A stretch of 64,000 bases of DNA from an uncultured Nitrospiraceae bacterium (GTDB lineage: Bacteria; Nitrospirota; Thermodesulfovibrionia; Thermodesulfovibrionales; SM23-35): the NCBI GenBank assembly GCA_963727775.1, contig CAVSHB010000002.1, positions 1 to 64,000 of the forward strand. Reading direction: 5' to 3'. The notes under the pieces were generated by a model. It was not told the origin of the DNA. It did no database searches and was given only the letters and a program-made list of their open reading frames with translations. Position numbers and translations under genes: made by a program. Below, one piece after another: positions 10,266-18,152 of this stretch. The stretch's first letter is position 1. Each line of letters begins with the position of its first letter.

Positions 10266-10470
10266 CTCACTGCCAGGCAACGGACCGGACTCTTGTTTTT
10301 GCCGTCTGCTCTCTGCGCTTTTTTTCAGCAGGGTGGGCATATTTCTCTTCACAAAAGAACTTGCCAGTGTAAAGTTCTCCGTTATGCAACCATACGTAAC
10401 CCTGGTATTCTATGATGATCGGCGTGATCAATGATGACTTTCTTGAGGATGGAGTCATTATCGGTATTTT

Positions 10471-10525
10471 GGAAATATATTTTATTTTCGCTATACCGCA
10501 ACAGCAGATTGAAGCTTAACCGAAA
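10471..10525. repeat. Left arm of an imperfect inverted repeat (partner 11369-11425) flanking the TA pair
   Basis: gcagattgaagcttaaccgaaa (10504-10525) is the exact reverse complement of tttcggttaagcttcaatctgc (11369-11390); similarity continues outward with mismatches. Confidence 0.8.
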
Positions 10526-10640
10526 CAAACACAGCCTGCCGTTGTTGAGCGGCTGAGTTCGATGAAAAGGAGTCCTGATTCCCAAAATGGGTGCCGCGTG
10601 TGCCCCTCTTTTCTTATACTTGTTCAGTTGATAATATCAC

Positions 10641-10669
10641 TTGACAGAGGTTAGCATAATTGCTAACAT
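10641..10669 (+). promoter_or_regulatory. Sigma70 promoter of the TA operon with palindromic operator
   Basis: TTGACA (10641-46), 17 bp, TAACAT (10664-69); overlapping inverted repeat GTTAGCA-taat-TGCTAAC (10650-10667). Confidence 0.75.
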
Positions 10670-10676
10670 TAAGAAC

Positions 10677-11003
10677 ATGAAATATACTATCGAGTATTTC
10701 CATGCGCGCGTCAAAGACGAGATCGAGAGCTGGCCCGATGGTATATTGGCTGATTATGCGCGGTTGGTGGAACTTTTGATGGAGTTCGGACCGACTCTGC
10801 GCATGCCGCATTCGCGTGCTATGGGCGACGGTCTTTTTGAACTGCGGCCACGCAGCCGTGAAGGTATCGGACGCGCTTTATACTGTTATATTGACGGTCA
10901 ACGCATTTTGATACTTCACGCTTTTGTAAAGAAAACGCAGGAAATTCCGGAGAAAGAATTACGCCTTGCCCGGATAAGAATGAAGGAGGTACGAAATGGC
11001 TGA
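10677..11003 (+). CDS. Type II toxin, RelE/HigB (Gp49-like) family
   Basis: MPHSRAMGDGLFELR...RALYC...ILHAFVKKTQ motif; toxin-first arrangement; ATG at 10677. Confidence 0.9.
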   Translation: MKYTIEYFHARVKDEIESWPDGILADYARLVELLMEFGPTLRMPHSRAMGDGLFELRPRSREGIGRALYCYIDGQRILILHAFVKKTQEIPEKELRLARIRMKEVRNG

Positions 11004-11355
11004 TTTAAAATACAAACCCGTTTCGCATGATCATGAGGCTTTCCTTAAAAAAGCCTTGAAACGGAAAGAGTTCAGTAAAGCGTACGAGGATATGGAAGAA
11101 GAGTACCGTCTTACCCGAGAGATGCTTGCCGCTCGTTCCAAGTTCGGTCTCACTCAGGAAGCCGTTGCAGAGTTGATGGGGACGACAAAAAGTGCGGTAT
11201 CGCGCTTAGAAGCTGCGGGCAAGCATGCTCCGTCTCTGACTACGCTCAAAAAGTACGCGCGCGCCGTCGGCTGTCGCTTGGAGATTAAGCTGGTTCCCAA
11301 CGCTCGCCTGACCAAGCGCTCAACACGGGCCGCCAAAAAGCAGGCGGCCGGTTAG
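10996..11355 (+). CDS. Xre/HigA-type helix-turn-helix antitoxin
   Basis: GLTQEAVAELMGTTKSAVSRLE HTH, PSLTTLKKYARAVG; overlaps the toxin stop. Confidence 0.9.
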   Translation: MADLKYKPVSHDHEAFLKKALKRKEFSKAYEDMEEEYRLTREMLAARSKFGLTQEAVAELMGTTKSAVSRLEAAGKHAPSLTTLKKYARAVGCRLEIKLVPNARLTKRSTRAAKKQAAG

Positions 11356-11368
11356 CTTCGCGTTGCGT
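11306..11368 (+). mobile_element. Degenerate integron attC-like site
   Basis: GCCTGAC (R''-like, AAC changed to GAC), caagcgc, TCAAC, hairpin GGCCGCC-aaaaagca-GGCGGCC, GTTAG, cttcgc, GTT (R'-like); 63 bp. Confidence 0.5.
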
Positions 11369-11425
11369 TTTCGGTTAAGCTTCAATCTGCAGGTGCGGTG
11401 GAGCGAAAAAAGGAAAGATATTTTC
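11369..11425. repeat. Right arm of the inverted repeat (partner 10471-10525)
   Basis: 22-bp perfect core plus degenerate extension (see left arm). Confidence 0.8.
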
Positions 11426-11708
11426 GGTATTGGTGCAATTGCAGATTGAAGTATGAAGGACAAAGTCGCTACGCGGCCTACATATATGGGTTTTCAACCG
11501 ACTCTTTTTCAAGGCGGTAACTACTCACCATGGTGGACTATCATCATAACTGTTAACGTGATAAAAACGTGATAAAACGAGGTATAAATAAGCATATCTA
11601 TAGATAACTACAGATATGGCAATGTTCCGTAAAAAACCTTCAGAAACATAGAGTTAGCGTGTGTTTTATAGTATTTTCAAGCACTTGCCGATCCCTCTAT
11701 TTCGATTC

Positions 11709-11745
11709 AGGAAACCTGTGCTCTATCCTACTGAGCTAAGGGGGC
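11709..11745 (-). pseudogene. 5' half of tRNA-Arg(CCT), truncated right after the anticodon; probable island attachment junction
   Basis: Minus strand reads GCCCCCT TA GCTC AGTAGGATA GAGC A CAGGT TT CCT and then GAATCGAAATAG... with no 3' anticodon stem, T arm or acceptor strand. Confidence 0.85.
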
Positions 11746-11764
11746 ACGCGGGTTTGCAAAAAAA

Positions 11765-11773
11765 ATTATACCA
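11765..11773 (-). promoter_or_regulatory. Extended -10 promoter element upstream of the tRNA-Arg fragment
   Basis: Minus strand TGgTATAAT about 20 nt upstream of tRNA position 1. Confidence 0.55.
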
Positions 11774-11857
11774 TACCATGGCACTAAATCTTAATAGCTT
11801 GTCGCGTTTTTTGTTTTTTTTGTCATCTATGCGGAGACCAGTTTGAGGTGGAAGATA

Positions 11858-12322
11858 TTATTTTGATTGGGATCTTGACTTAATGTCAGTTATCGCCTCT
11901 TCTGAGATTGTTCTTACATTACTGTCTTCATCATGTTTCAGTTCTTCGAGGAAGGGGACAGTTATTGCATCTCCAATTATGCCGAGCAGATAAGCTGCAT
12001 CTCCTCTGACGACAGGGTTTTGATCTTTCAAAAGCGGCAATATAGGCGGGATAGCCTTCATCACCACATTCCCCCTGTCTTCATCGCTTAAAGTCTCGAT
12101 GAGCGCTGTGGTTCCGATCCTGACTCTCATCCGTTCATCTTTCATTAAGTCTCCGACATATGAATACAGGCTTTTATCATGCCTGAACATATCAATAATA
12201 TTATCGAGAAATCCACCTTCCATATAATCTGCTATCATTTTTTTTATGCTGTCGTCTTTTGTATCTGCAATCCCCATTGAGTGAAATATTACAATAATAT
12301 CCATTATCTTGTCACTGTGCAC
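11858..12322 (-). CDS. HEAT repeat domain protein
   Basis: AIPPILPLLKDQNPVVRGDAAYLLGIIGD...VPFLEELKHDEDSNVR HEAT/PBS-lyase-like repeats; start uncertain. Confidence 0.8.
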   Translation of the reverse strand: MHSDKIMDIIVIFHSMGIADTKDDSIKKMIADYMEGGFLDNIIDMFRHDKSLYSYVGDLMKDERMRVRIGTTALIETLSDEDRGNVVMKAIPPILPLLKDQNPVVRGDAAYLLGIIGDAITVPFLEELKHDEDSNVRTISEEAITDIKSRSQSK

Positions 12323-12412
12323 GCCATTAATGTAAAAGGCCTATAAAGTATCAAGGCCCCGAATTGTTGTATAATCTCTGTACTGAAATTCTTAATAAGG
12401 CATTGATAAAAG

Positions 12413-13870
12413 ATGAAGATATATAACACGCTTACCGGTAAGAAAGAGGATTTTGTCCCTTTGCGCTCTGATGTGGTAACCATATATGCATGCGGAGTTA
12501 CAGTTTATGACCTGTGTCATATCGGTCATGCAAGGAGTGCAATCGTTTTCGATGTTATAACGAGATACTTAAGGTATAAAGGGTTTAAGGTTAAGTATGT
12601 GAGGAATTTTACCGATATAGATGACAAAATAATCAATAGGGCAAAGCAGGAAGGTATTTTATGGGATGCTGTAGCCAAGAAATATACTGAGGAGTATCAC
12701 AAAGATATGGACATGCTCGGGGTGAAAAGGGCGGATGTGGAGCCAAAGGCAACCGAACATATCGAAGAGATAATTCATATTGTTAAAGGGCTCATAGAGA
12801 AAGGCTTTGCCTATGAGTCTGACGGCAGCGTGTACTTTGCGGTAGATAAGTTTTCCGAATATGGGAAATTATCAAAGAGAGATAAGGATGATATGGTGGC
12901 AGGGGCAAGAGTCGAGGTGGATGAGAGAAAAAGAAACCCAGTAGATTTTGCTTTATGGAAAAAATCTAAAGAAGGAGAACCATTATGGGAGAGTCCCTGG
13001 GGATTGGGAAGACCCGGCTGGCATATTGAATGCACTGCAATGTCTGTAAAACACCTCGGGGAAAGCTTTGATATTCATGGAGGAGGAGCTGATCTTTTGT
13101 TTCCCCATCATGAAAATGAGATTGCGCAGTCAGAGGCGTTTACAGGGAAGCCTTTTGCGAAATACTGGGTCCACAATGGATTTATAACGATCGATAAAGA
13201 AAAGATGTCGAAGTCTGTGGGAAATTTTTTTACGATAAAGGAGGTCCTCGATAAGTTTAATCCCGAAGTGCTCAGATTTTTTCTCCTTTCGACACATTAC
13301 AGGAGTCCGATCGAATTCTCTGATGAGCAATTGCACGAGGCGGAGAGATCCATAGACAGATATTACACGACTATTGTCAGGGTAAATGATTTTCTCGAAA
13401 AAGATTATGACGCCACAAAGGAAATCTCAGATGCGGGGAACATTTTCAAGGAAATACTTTTCTCTTTCAAGGACAAATTTGCAGAAGCTATGGATGATGA
13501 TTTTAATACCGCACTTTCGCTCGGACATGTTTTCGAGCTTATACGGGAACTAAACAGATTTCTTGACAGTAAGCCTTCATTTTCAAAAGACCGGGAGCTT
13601 CTCCTGAGGGCAAAGGAACTCCTTTCAGAAGCCGGGGACATTCTCAATATATTTAATAAAATGCCGTATGATTGGTATTTGTCATTAATGAAAATAAGAA
13701 ATATCGGGCTTTCTGAAAAAGAAATCCTTGAGAAGATCAAAGAACGTGAGGCAGCAAGACAGAAGAAAGAATGGCATAGGGCAGATGCAGTCAGGAAAGA
13801 ACTCGAAGAAAAAGGGATTATCCTTGAAGATAAGAAAGACAGAACAGATTGGAAAATCAGGATCGGGTAG
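12413..13870 (+). CDS. cysS: Cysteine--tRNA ligase
   Basis: YACGVTVYDLCHIGH, GRPGWHIEC, HGGG.DL.FPHHENE, KMSKS. Confidence 0.98.
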   Translation: MKIYNTLTGKKEDFVPLRSDVVTIYACGVTVYDLCHIGHARSAIVFDVITRYLRYKGFKVKYVRNFTDIDDKIINRAKQEGILWDAVAKKYTEEYHKDMDMLGVKRADVEPKATEHIEEIIHIVKGLIEKGFAYESDGSVYFAVDKFSEYGKLSKRDKDDMVAGARVEVDERKRNPVDFALWKKSKEGEPLWESPWGLGRPGWHIECTAMSVKHLGESFDIHGGGADLLFPHHENEIAQSEAFTGKPFAKYWVHNGFITIDKEKMSKSVGNFFTIKEVLDKFNPEVLRFFLLSTHYRSPIEFSDEQLHEAERSIDRYYTTIVRVNDFLEKDYDATKEISDAGNIFKEILFSFKDKFAEAMDDDFNTALSLGHVFELIRELNRFLDSKPSFSKDRELLLRAKELLSEAGDILNIFNKMPYDWYLSLMKIRNIGLSEKEILEKIKEREAARQKKEWHRADAVRKELEEKGIILEDKKDRTDWKIRIG

Positions 13871-14621
13871 CGATTGGATTTACGGCCTGAACCCTGTACT
13901 TGAGGCAATTAGGGCAGGAAGAAACATTAAATGTATCTTCATATCTTCCGGCAGGCGTGATAAAGTATCAGAGTTAAAAAAAGGGGCAGAAGACAGAAAT
14001 ATTCCTGTTAGAATACTGGACCCGAATTTTTTTGACCATTCTTTCAGTAAGGGACATCAGGGAGTTGCGGCAGAGGTTTCTTTAAAAAGTTATCTCTCTC
14101 TCGATGAATTACTTGACATACCCCTAAAGAAAAATGATGTTCCATTTTTTTTGATCCTTGATTGCATCGAAGACCCGCGAAATTTTGGCGCGATATTAAG
14201 GGTGGCGGACGCCGCAGGCATTCACGGGGTAGTGATCCAATCACACAGGTCTGCTACCCTCGGGGCTGAGGCTGCAAAAGTTTCTGCAGGTGCAGTTGAG
14301 TATGTGCCCGTCTCGATGGTTGTAAATATAAAACATGCAATTCATGAAATGAAAGAAAGAGGAATAACAATAGTCGGTACGGAAGCAGGCGCAAAAGATC
14401 TTTTATGGGATGTGGATTTTAAGGCGCCTGTGGCGCTCGTGATCGGCTCAGAGGGGAGTGGATTGAGAAAAACAGTAAGCGGTATCTGTGATGTATTGGT
14501 CTCTATTCCGATGCAGGGCAGAATAAACTCTGTAAATGTTTCCGTTGCCGCCGGTATATTTGCTTTTGAGATATTACGCCAAAGATTCCAAAATAAGGGG
14601 AAAAAACAAGAAAAATATTAA
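13824..14621 (+). CDS. rlmB: 23S rRNA Gm2251 2'-O-methyltransferase RlmB (TrmH/SpoU family)
   Basis: IYGLNPVLEA, HQGV, DPRNFGAILR, GSEGSG, IPMQGRINSVNVS. Likely TTG start at 13824 after AAGGG, overlapping cysS; start uncertain. Confidence 0.9.
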   Translation: MKIRKTEQIGKSGSGSDWIYGLNPVLEAIRAGRNIKCIFISSGRRDKVSELKKGAEDRNIPVRILDPNFFDHSFSKGHQGVAAEVSLKSYLSLDELLDIPLKKNDVPFFLILDCIEDPRNFGAILRVADAAGIHGVVIQSHRSATLGAEAAKVSAGAVEYVPVSMVVNIKHAIHEMKERGITIVGTEAGAKDLLWDVDFKAPVALVIGSEGSGLRKTVSGICDVLVSIPMQGRINSVNVSVAAGIFAFEILRQRFQNKGKKQEKY

Positions 14622-14748
14622 TAATAGAAGTTATACTTGAATTATTACCATTGACCTTTTTATAATATAAATTGTTTAATTCAAATTCTAATAAAAAGGG
14701 ATTAGTGTTGTCTTTTTCACCCTTATTTATGATTAGGGCTATGATGAA

Positions 14749-14824
14749 GCCGCCGTAGCTCAGCTGGTAGAGCAGCTGATTTGTAATCAGCGGGTCGGGG
14801 GTTCGATTCCCTTCGGTGGCTCCA
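14749..14824 (+). tRNA. tRNA-Thr(TGT)
   Basis: Cloverleaf; anticodon arm CTGAT-TTGTAA-TCAG; TTCGA; encoded CCA. Confidence 0.97.
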
Positions 14825-14825
14825 G

Positions 14826-14910
14826 GGAGAGGTTCCCGAGCGGCCAAAGGGAGCAGACTGTAAATCTGCCGGCGCAGCCTTCGGAGGTTCGAATCCTCCC
14901 CTCTCCACCA
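14826..14910 (+). tRNA. tRNA-Tyr(GTA)
   Basis: GGAGAGG/CCTCTCC acceptor, GCAGA-CTGTAAA-TCTGC, long variable arm, CCA. Confidence 0.97.
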
Positions 14911-15037
14911 TCAAACTTTGCGAGGCAAGGTTTGAGTAAAAAGGTAAAGGTACAGGATAAAAAGTAAAGAATGGTCAGTGAGCTTGTGATTTTATATTTC
15001 TTTGCCTTTTTACTCTTTACTTTTTACTTTTTAGAGT

Positions 15038-15112
15038 GCGGGAGTAGCTCAGTGGTAGAGCGTCAGCCTTCCAAGCTGAGGGTCGCGGGTTCGAATCCCG
15101 TTTCCCGCTCCA
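15038..15112 (+). tRNA. tRNA-Gly(TCC)
   Basis: TCAGC-CTTCCAA-GCTGA anticodon arm, TTCGAATC, CCA. Confidence 0.97.
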
Positions 15113-15191
15113 TTGACCGTTCAAACGTTTAAGTAGTTAAACGGTTTGAACGCCTGAAACGGTTTGAGCGGTTTGAACGGTTAATTGAGAT

Positions 15192-15264
15192 GCCCATGTA
15201 GCTCAGTCGGTAGAGCACATCCTTGGTAAGGATGAGGTCACCGGTTCGATCCCGGTCATGGGCT
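15192..15264 (+). tRNA. tRNA-Thr(GGT), CCA not encoded
   Basis: GCCCATG/CATGGGC acceptor, CATCC-TTGGTAA-GGATG arm. Confidence 0.96.
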
Positions 15265-15344
15265 TTGTAAAAAGGGCAGTGAATAGTTATTGGTGGATGG
15301 CGAACAACGTTCGTAATTCACTGTTTATTAAAACAGGAGGAAAA

Positions 15345-16544
15345 ATGGCAAAGGCTAAATTTGAGAGGGTAAAGCCTCATGCGAACATAGGGACGATCGG
15401 GCATGTAGACCACGGCAAGACGACGCTGACGTCGGCGATAACGAAAGTATTGGCGATGAAGGGGGGAGCGACGTTCAGGTCATTTGACAGCATCGACAAT
15501 GCGCCTGAGGAGAAGGCCAGGGGAATCACGATAGCGACTGCGCATGTAGAGTACGAGACGGACAAGAGGCATTATGCACATGTAGACTGTCCGGGGCATG
15601 CGGATTATATAAAGAACATGATAACGGGAGCGGCGCAGATGGACGGAGCGGTGCTGGTAGTATCGGCAGCGGATGGGCCGATGCCGCAGACGAGGGAGCA
15701 TATTCTGCTTGCGAGGCAGGTAGGGGTACCATATATAGTGGTATTCATGAATAAAGTAGACATGGTAGATGATCCTGAGCTTTTGGATTTAGTAGAGCTT
15801 GAGATGAGGGAGTTATTGACGAAGTATCAGTTTCCTGGGGACAAGATACCGGTAATAAGGGGCAGTGCGTTAAAGGCGATGAACAGCACGGGCACGGAAC
15901 CGGGAGCAGAAGAGTACAAGTGCATTTTTGAGCTTATGGATGCGGTAGACAGTTATATACCGACGCCTGACCGACCTATAGACAAGCCGTTTTTAATGCC
16001 GATAGAGGATGTATTTACGATTTCCGGGCGTGGAACGGTGGTGACAGGCAGAGTAGAGAGGGGAATAGTTAAGGTAGGAGAAGAAGTAGAGATAGTGGGA
16101 TTGGGTGAGACGCGCAAGACGGTGGCCACGGGAGTGGAGATGTTCAGGAAACTGCTTGACGAAGGTCGTGCCGGAGACAACGTAGGGGTATTGTTAAGAG
16201 GCATAGGGAAGGAAGAAGTAGAGAGGGGGCAGGTATTAGCGAAGCCTGGTAGCATAACGCCGCATACGAAGTTTAAGGCAGAGGTGTATATATTGACGAA
16301 GGAAGAGGGCGGAAGGCACACCCCGTTTTTCAAGGGTTACAGGCCGCAGTTTTATTTCAGGACAACTGATGTAACAGGTGTAGCGCAGCTTCCTGAGGGG
16401 GTAGAGATGGTGATGCCCGGCGACAATGTGACCTTGGCGATTGAACTCATCTCGGCTATTGCAATGGAAAAAGAGTTGCGCTTTGCCATTAGAGAGGGTG
16501 GAAGAACCGTAGGCGCCGGCGTTGTTACAGAGGTATTGGAGTAG
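15345..16544 (+). CDS. tuf: Elongation factor Tu
   Basis: [36 protein letters not shown]. Confidence 0.99.
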   Translation: MAKAKFERVKPHANIGTIGHVDHGKTTLTSAITKVLAMKGGATFRSFDSIDNAPEEKARGITIATAHVEYETDKRHYAHVDCPGHADYIKNMITGAAQMDGAVLVVSAADGPMPQTREHILLARQVGVPYIVVFMNKVDMVDDPELLDLVELEMRELLTKYQFPGDKIPVIRGSALKAMNSTGTEPGAEEYKCIFELMDAVDSYIPTPDRPIDKPFLMPIEDVFTISGRGTVVTGRVERGIVKVGEEVEIVGLGETRKTVATGVEMFRKLLDEGRAGDNVGVLLRGIGKEEVERGQVLAKPGSITPHTKFKAEVYILTKEEGGRHTPFFKGYRPQFYFRTTDVTGVAQLPEGVEMVMPGDNVTLAIELISAIAMEKELRFAIREGGRTVGAGVVTEVLE

Positions 16545-16548
16545 AAAA

Positions 16549-16701
16549 ATGAGAGATATAATTTTATTTCAATGTACAGAATGTAAGAACAGAAATTATT
16601 CAAGTATGAAGAACAAAAAAAATACAACCGACAAACTTCAGTTAAAAAAATATTGCAGACATTGCAGGAGGCACACACCTCACAAGGAAACAAAATCTTA
16701 A
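16549..16701 (+). CDS. rpmG: 50S ribosomal protein L33 (zinc-binding CxxC...CxxC form)
   Basis: Translated by hand: [50 protein letters not shown]; below the ORF-track cutoff. Confidence 0.95.
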   Translation: MRDIILFQCTECKNRNYSSMKNKKNTTDKLQLKKYCRHCRRHTPHKETKS

Positions 16702-16774
16702 AATGACGAATGACCAAATTCCAAATAGACAAATCTTGGAGTTTGCAGTTCGGGATTTGGAATTTGAAAGAGAT

Positions 16775-16851
16775 AGGCCAGTAGCTCTAACGGCTAGAGC
16801 ATCGGACTCCAAATCCGAGGGATGGGGGTTCAAATCCCTCCTGGCCTGCCA
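16775..16851 (+). tRNA. tRNA-Trp(CCA)
   Basis: AGGCCAG/CTGGCCT acceptor, TCGGA-CTCCAAA-TCCGA arm, CCA; canonical position before secE. Confidence 0.96.
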
Positions 16852-16906
16852 GACTTTATAAGCAAGGCGTTATAAGCGAAACATAAGGATAACAGGAAAA
16901 AATTTT

Positions 16907-17092
16907 ATGTTAGATAAAATTAAGGAATTTTTCAAAGAAGTGAAAGTCGAGGTTAAAAAGGTAGTTTTTCCGTCTAAAGATGAACTTATAGGGTCCACGT
17001 GGGTTGTAATAATTACCGTCATAATCATTTCAGTATTTTTAGGAATCGTAGATCTTAGCCTAACAAAACTGGTCGGGATTGCTTTGAGATAA
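16907..17092 (+). CDS. secE: Preprotein translocase subunit SecE
   Basis: FFKEVKVEVKKVVFPSKDE plus one TM helix; synteny. Confidence 0.95.
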   Translation: MLDKIKEFFKEVKVEVKKVVFPSKDELIGSTWVVIITVIIISVFLGIVDLSLTKLVGIALR

Positions 17093-17094
17093 CT

Positions 17095-17619
17095 ATGGAA
17101 AAAAACTGGTATGTAGTGCACACTTATTCGGGCTTTGAAGAGAAGGTAAAGCTTTCTATAGAAGAAAAAGTAGACAAGCAAAATCTGAAAGAGAAGATTT
17201 CAAGGATACTAATACCCACTGAAAGGGTAATAGAGCTCAAAGGTGGGAAGAAGAAGGAAAGCGATAAGAAATTTTATCCCGGTTATATACTTGTTGAGAT
17301 GGACCTGGACGACGAGTCATGGCATCTTATAAGAAGCACCCCGCGTGTAACCGGATTCGTGGGCGGGGCGAAACCTGTTGCTCTCTCTGAGGAAGAGGTT
17401 TCGGTCATTATTCAGCAAATAGAAAAGGGCCCGGTGCCGCAGGTCAAGACACAATTCCAGAAAGGGAATAGTGTCAGGATTATAGACGGTCCTTTTACCA
17501 ATTTTATAGGCAGTGTAGAGGATGTGGATATAGATCACGGCAGGCTTAATGTGATGGTCAGTATTTTTGGGAGACAGACGCCTGTTGAACTTAATTTTTT
17601 CCAGGTGGAAAAAGCATAA
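17095..17619 (+). CDS. nusG: Transcription termination/antitermination factor NusG
   Basis: WYVVHTYSGFE, FYPGYILVEM, KOW motif, IFGRQTPVEL. Confidence 0.98.
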   Translation: MEKNWYVVHTYSGFEEKVKLSIEEKVDKQNLKEKISRILIPTERVIELKGGKKKESDKKFYPGYILVEMDLDDESWHLIRSTPRVTGFVGGAKPVALSEEEVSVIIQQIEKGPVPQVKTQFQKGNSVRIIDGPFTNFIGSVEDVDIDHGRLNVMVSIFGRQTPVELNFFQVEKA

Positions 17620-17712
17620 CTTATTTAATGCAAAGTGCAAAATGCAAAATTAACGATGTCTTAATTTTGAGCTTCTCATTTTGAATTTTGCGTTTCTTTT
17701 AAAGGGGGTAAT

Positions 17713-18141
17713 ATGGCTAAGAAAGAAATAATTGCGCAGGTCAAACTCCAGATACCTGCAGGGAAAGCAAATCCTGCGCCGCCAGTAGGTCCGGCGCTCG
17801 GCCCGCATGGAGTTAATATCATGGAGTTCTGTAAGGCGTTTAATGCTCAGACACAGGCGCTCGGCGATACAATAGTGCCCATTGTCTTAACTGTTTACGC
17901 CGACAGATCATTTTCCTTTATCACAAAAACACCTCCTGCCTCGGATCTCCTTAAGAAAGCGGCCGGCATCATAAAGGGCTCAGGTAATCCCAGCAAGGAG
18001 AAAGTCGGTAAGGTCACATCTGCGCAGATAAGAGAAATTGCCCAGAAAAAACTTCCGGATCTTAATGCATTCGCTCTTGACAGAGCGGAACCTATCATAA
18101 AAGGAACTGCAAGAAGTATGGGCATAGAAATAACAGACTAA
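17713..18141 (+). CDS. rplK: 50S ribosomal protein L11
   Basis: [28 protein letters not shown]. Confidence 0.98.
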   Translation: MAKKEIIAQVKLQIPAGKANPAPPVGPALGPHGVNIMEFCKAFNAQTQALGDTIVPIVLTVYADRSFSFITKTPPASDLLKKAAGIIKGSGNPSKEKVGKVTSAQIREIAQKKLPDLNAFALDRAEPIIKGTARSMGIEITD

Positions 18142-18152
18142 AAGAGGTAGAA

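Noticed and set aside
10259..10387. attC-like site after xpb (GTGTAAC...GTTATGC)
   Set aside because: The ends could pair, but the inner L boxes are asymmetrically spaced and a 6-kb operon is an implausible cassette.
1..11700. Integrase or transposase for the island
   Set aside because: No tyrosine/serine recombinase or DDE motifs in any ORF here; if present it lies left of the window.
11400..11708. Group I intron in tRNA-Arg(CCT) (the break after the anticodon U matches known intron positions, and a GATAGTCC resembling the S element is present)
   Set aside because: No convincing P1/P3/P7 core, AT-rich unstructured sequence, and no 3' exon within a plausible intron length; island integration explains it better.
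11661..11846. 61-aa ORF (…PVLYPTELRG…)
   Set aside because: It is the antisense translation of the tRNA fragment; the same applies to ORFs 14503..14847, 14723..14914 and 16642..16833 over tRNAs.
14930..17700. CRISPR array in the periodic intergenic repeats
   Set aside because: Units are 6-9 bp with no unique spacers and no cas genes; no CRISPR array was seen anywhere in the window.
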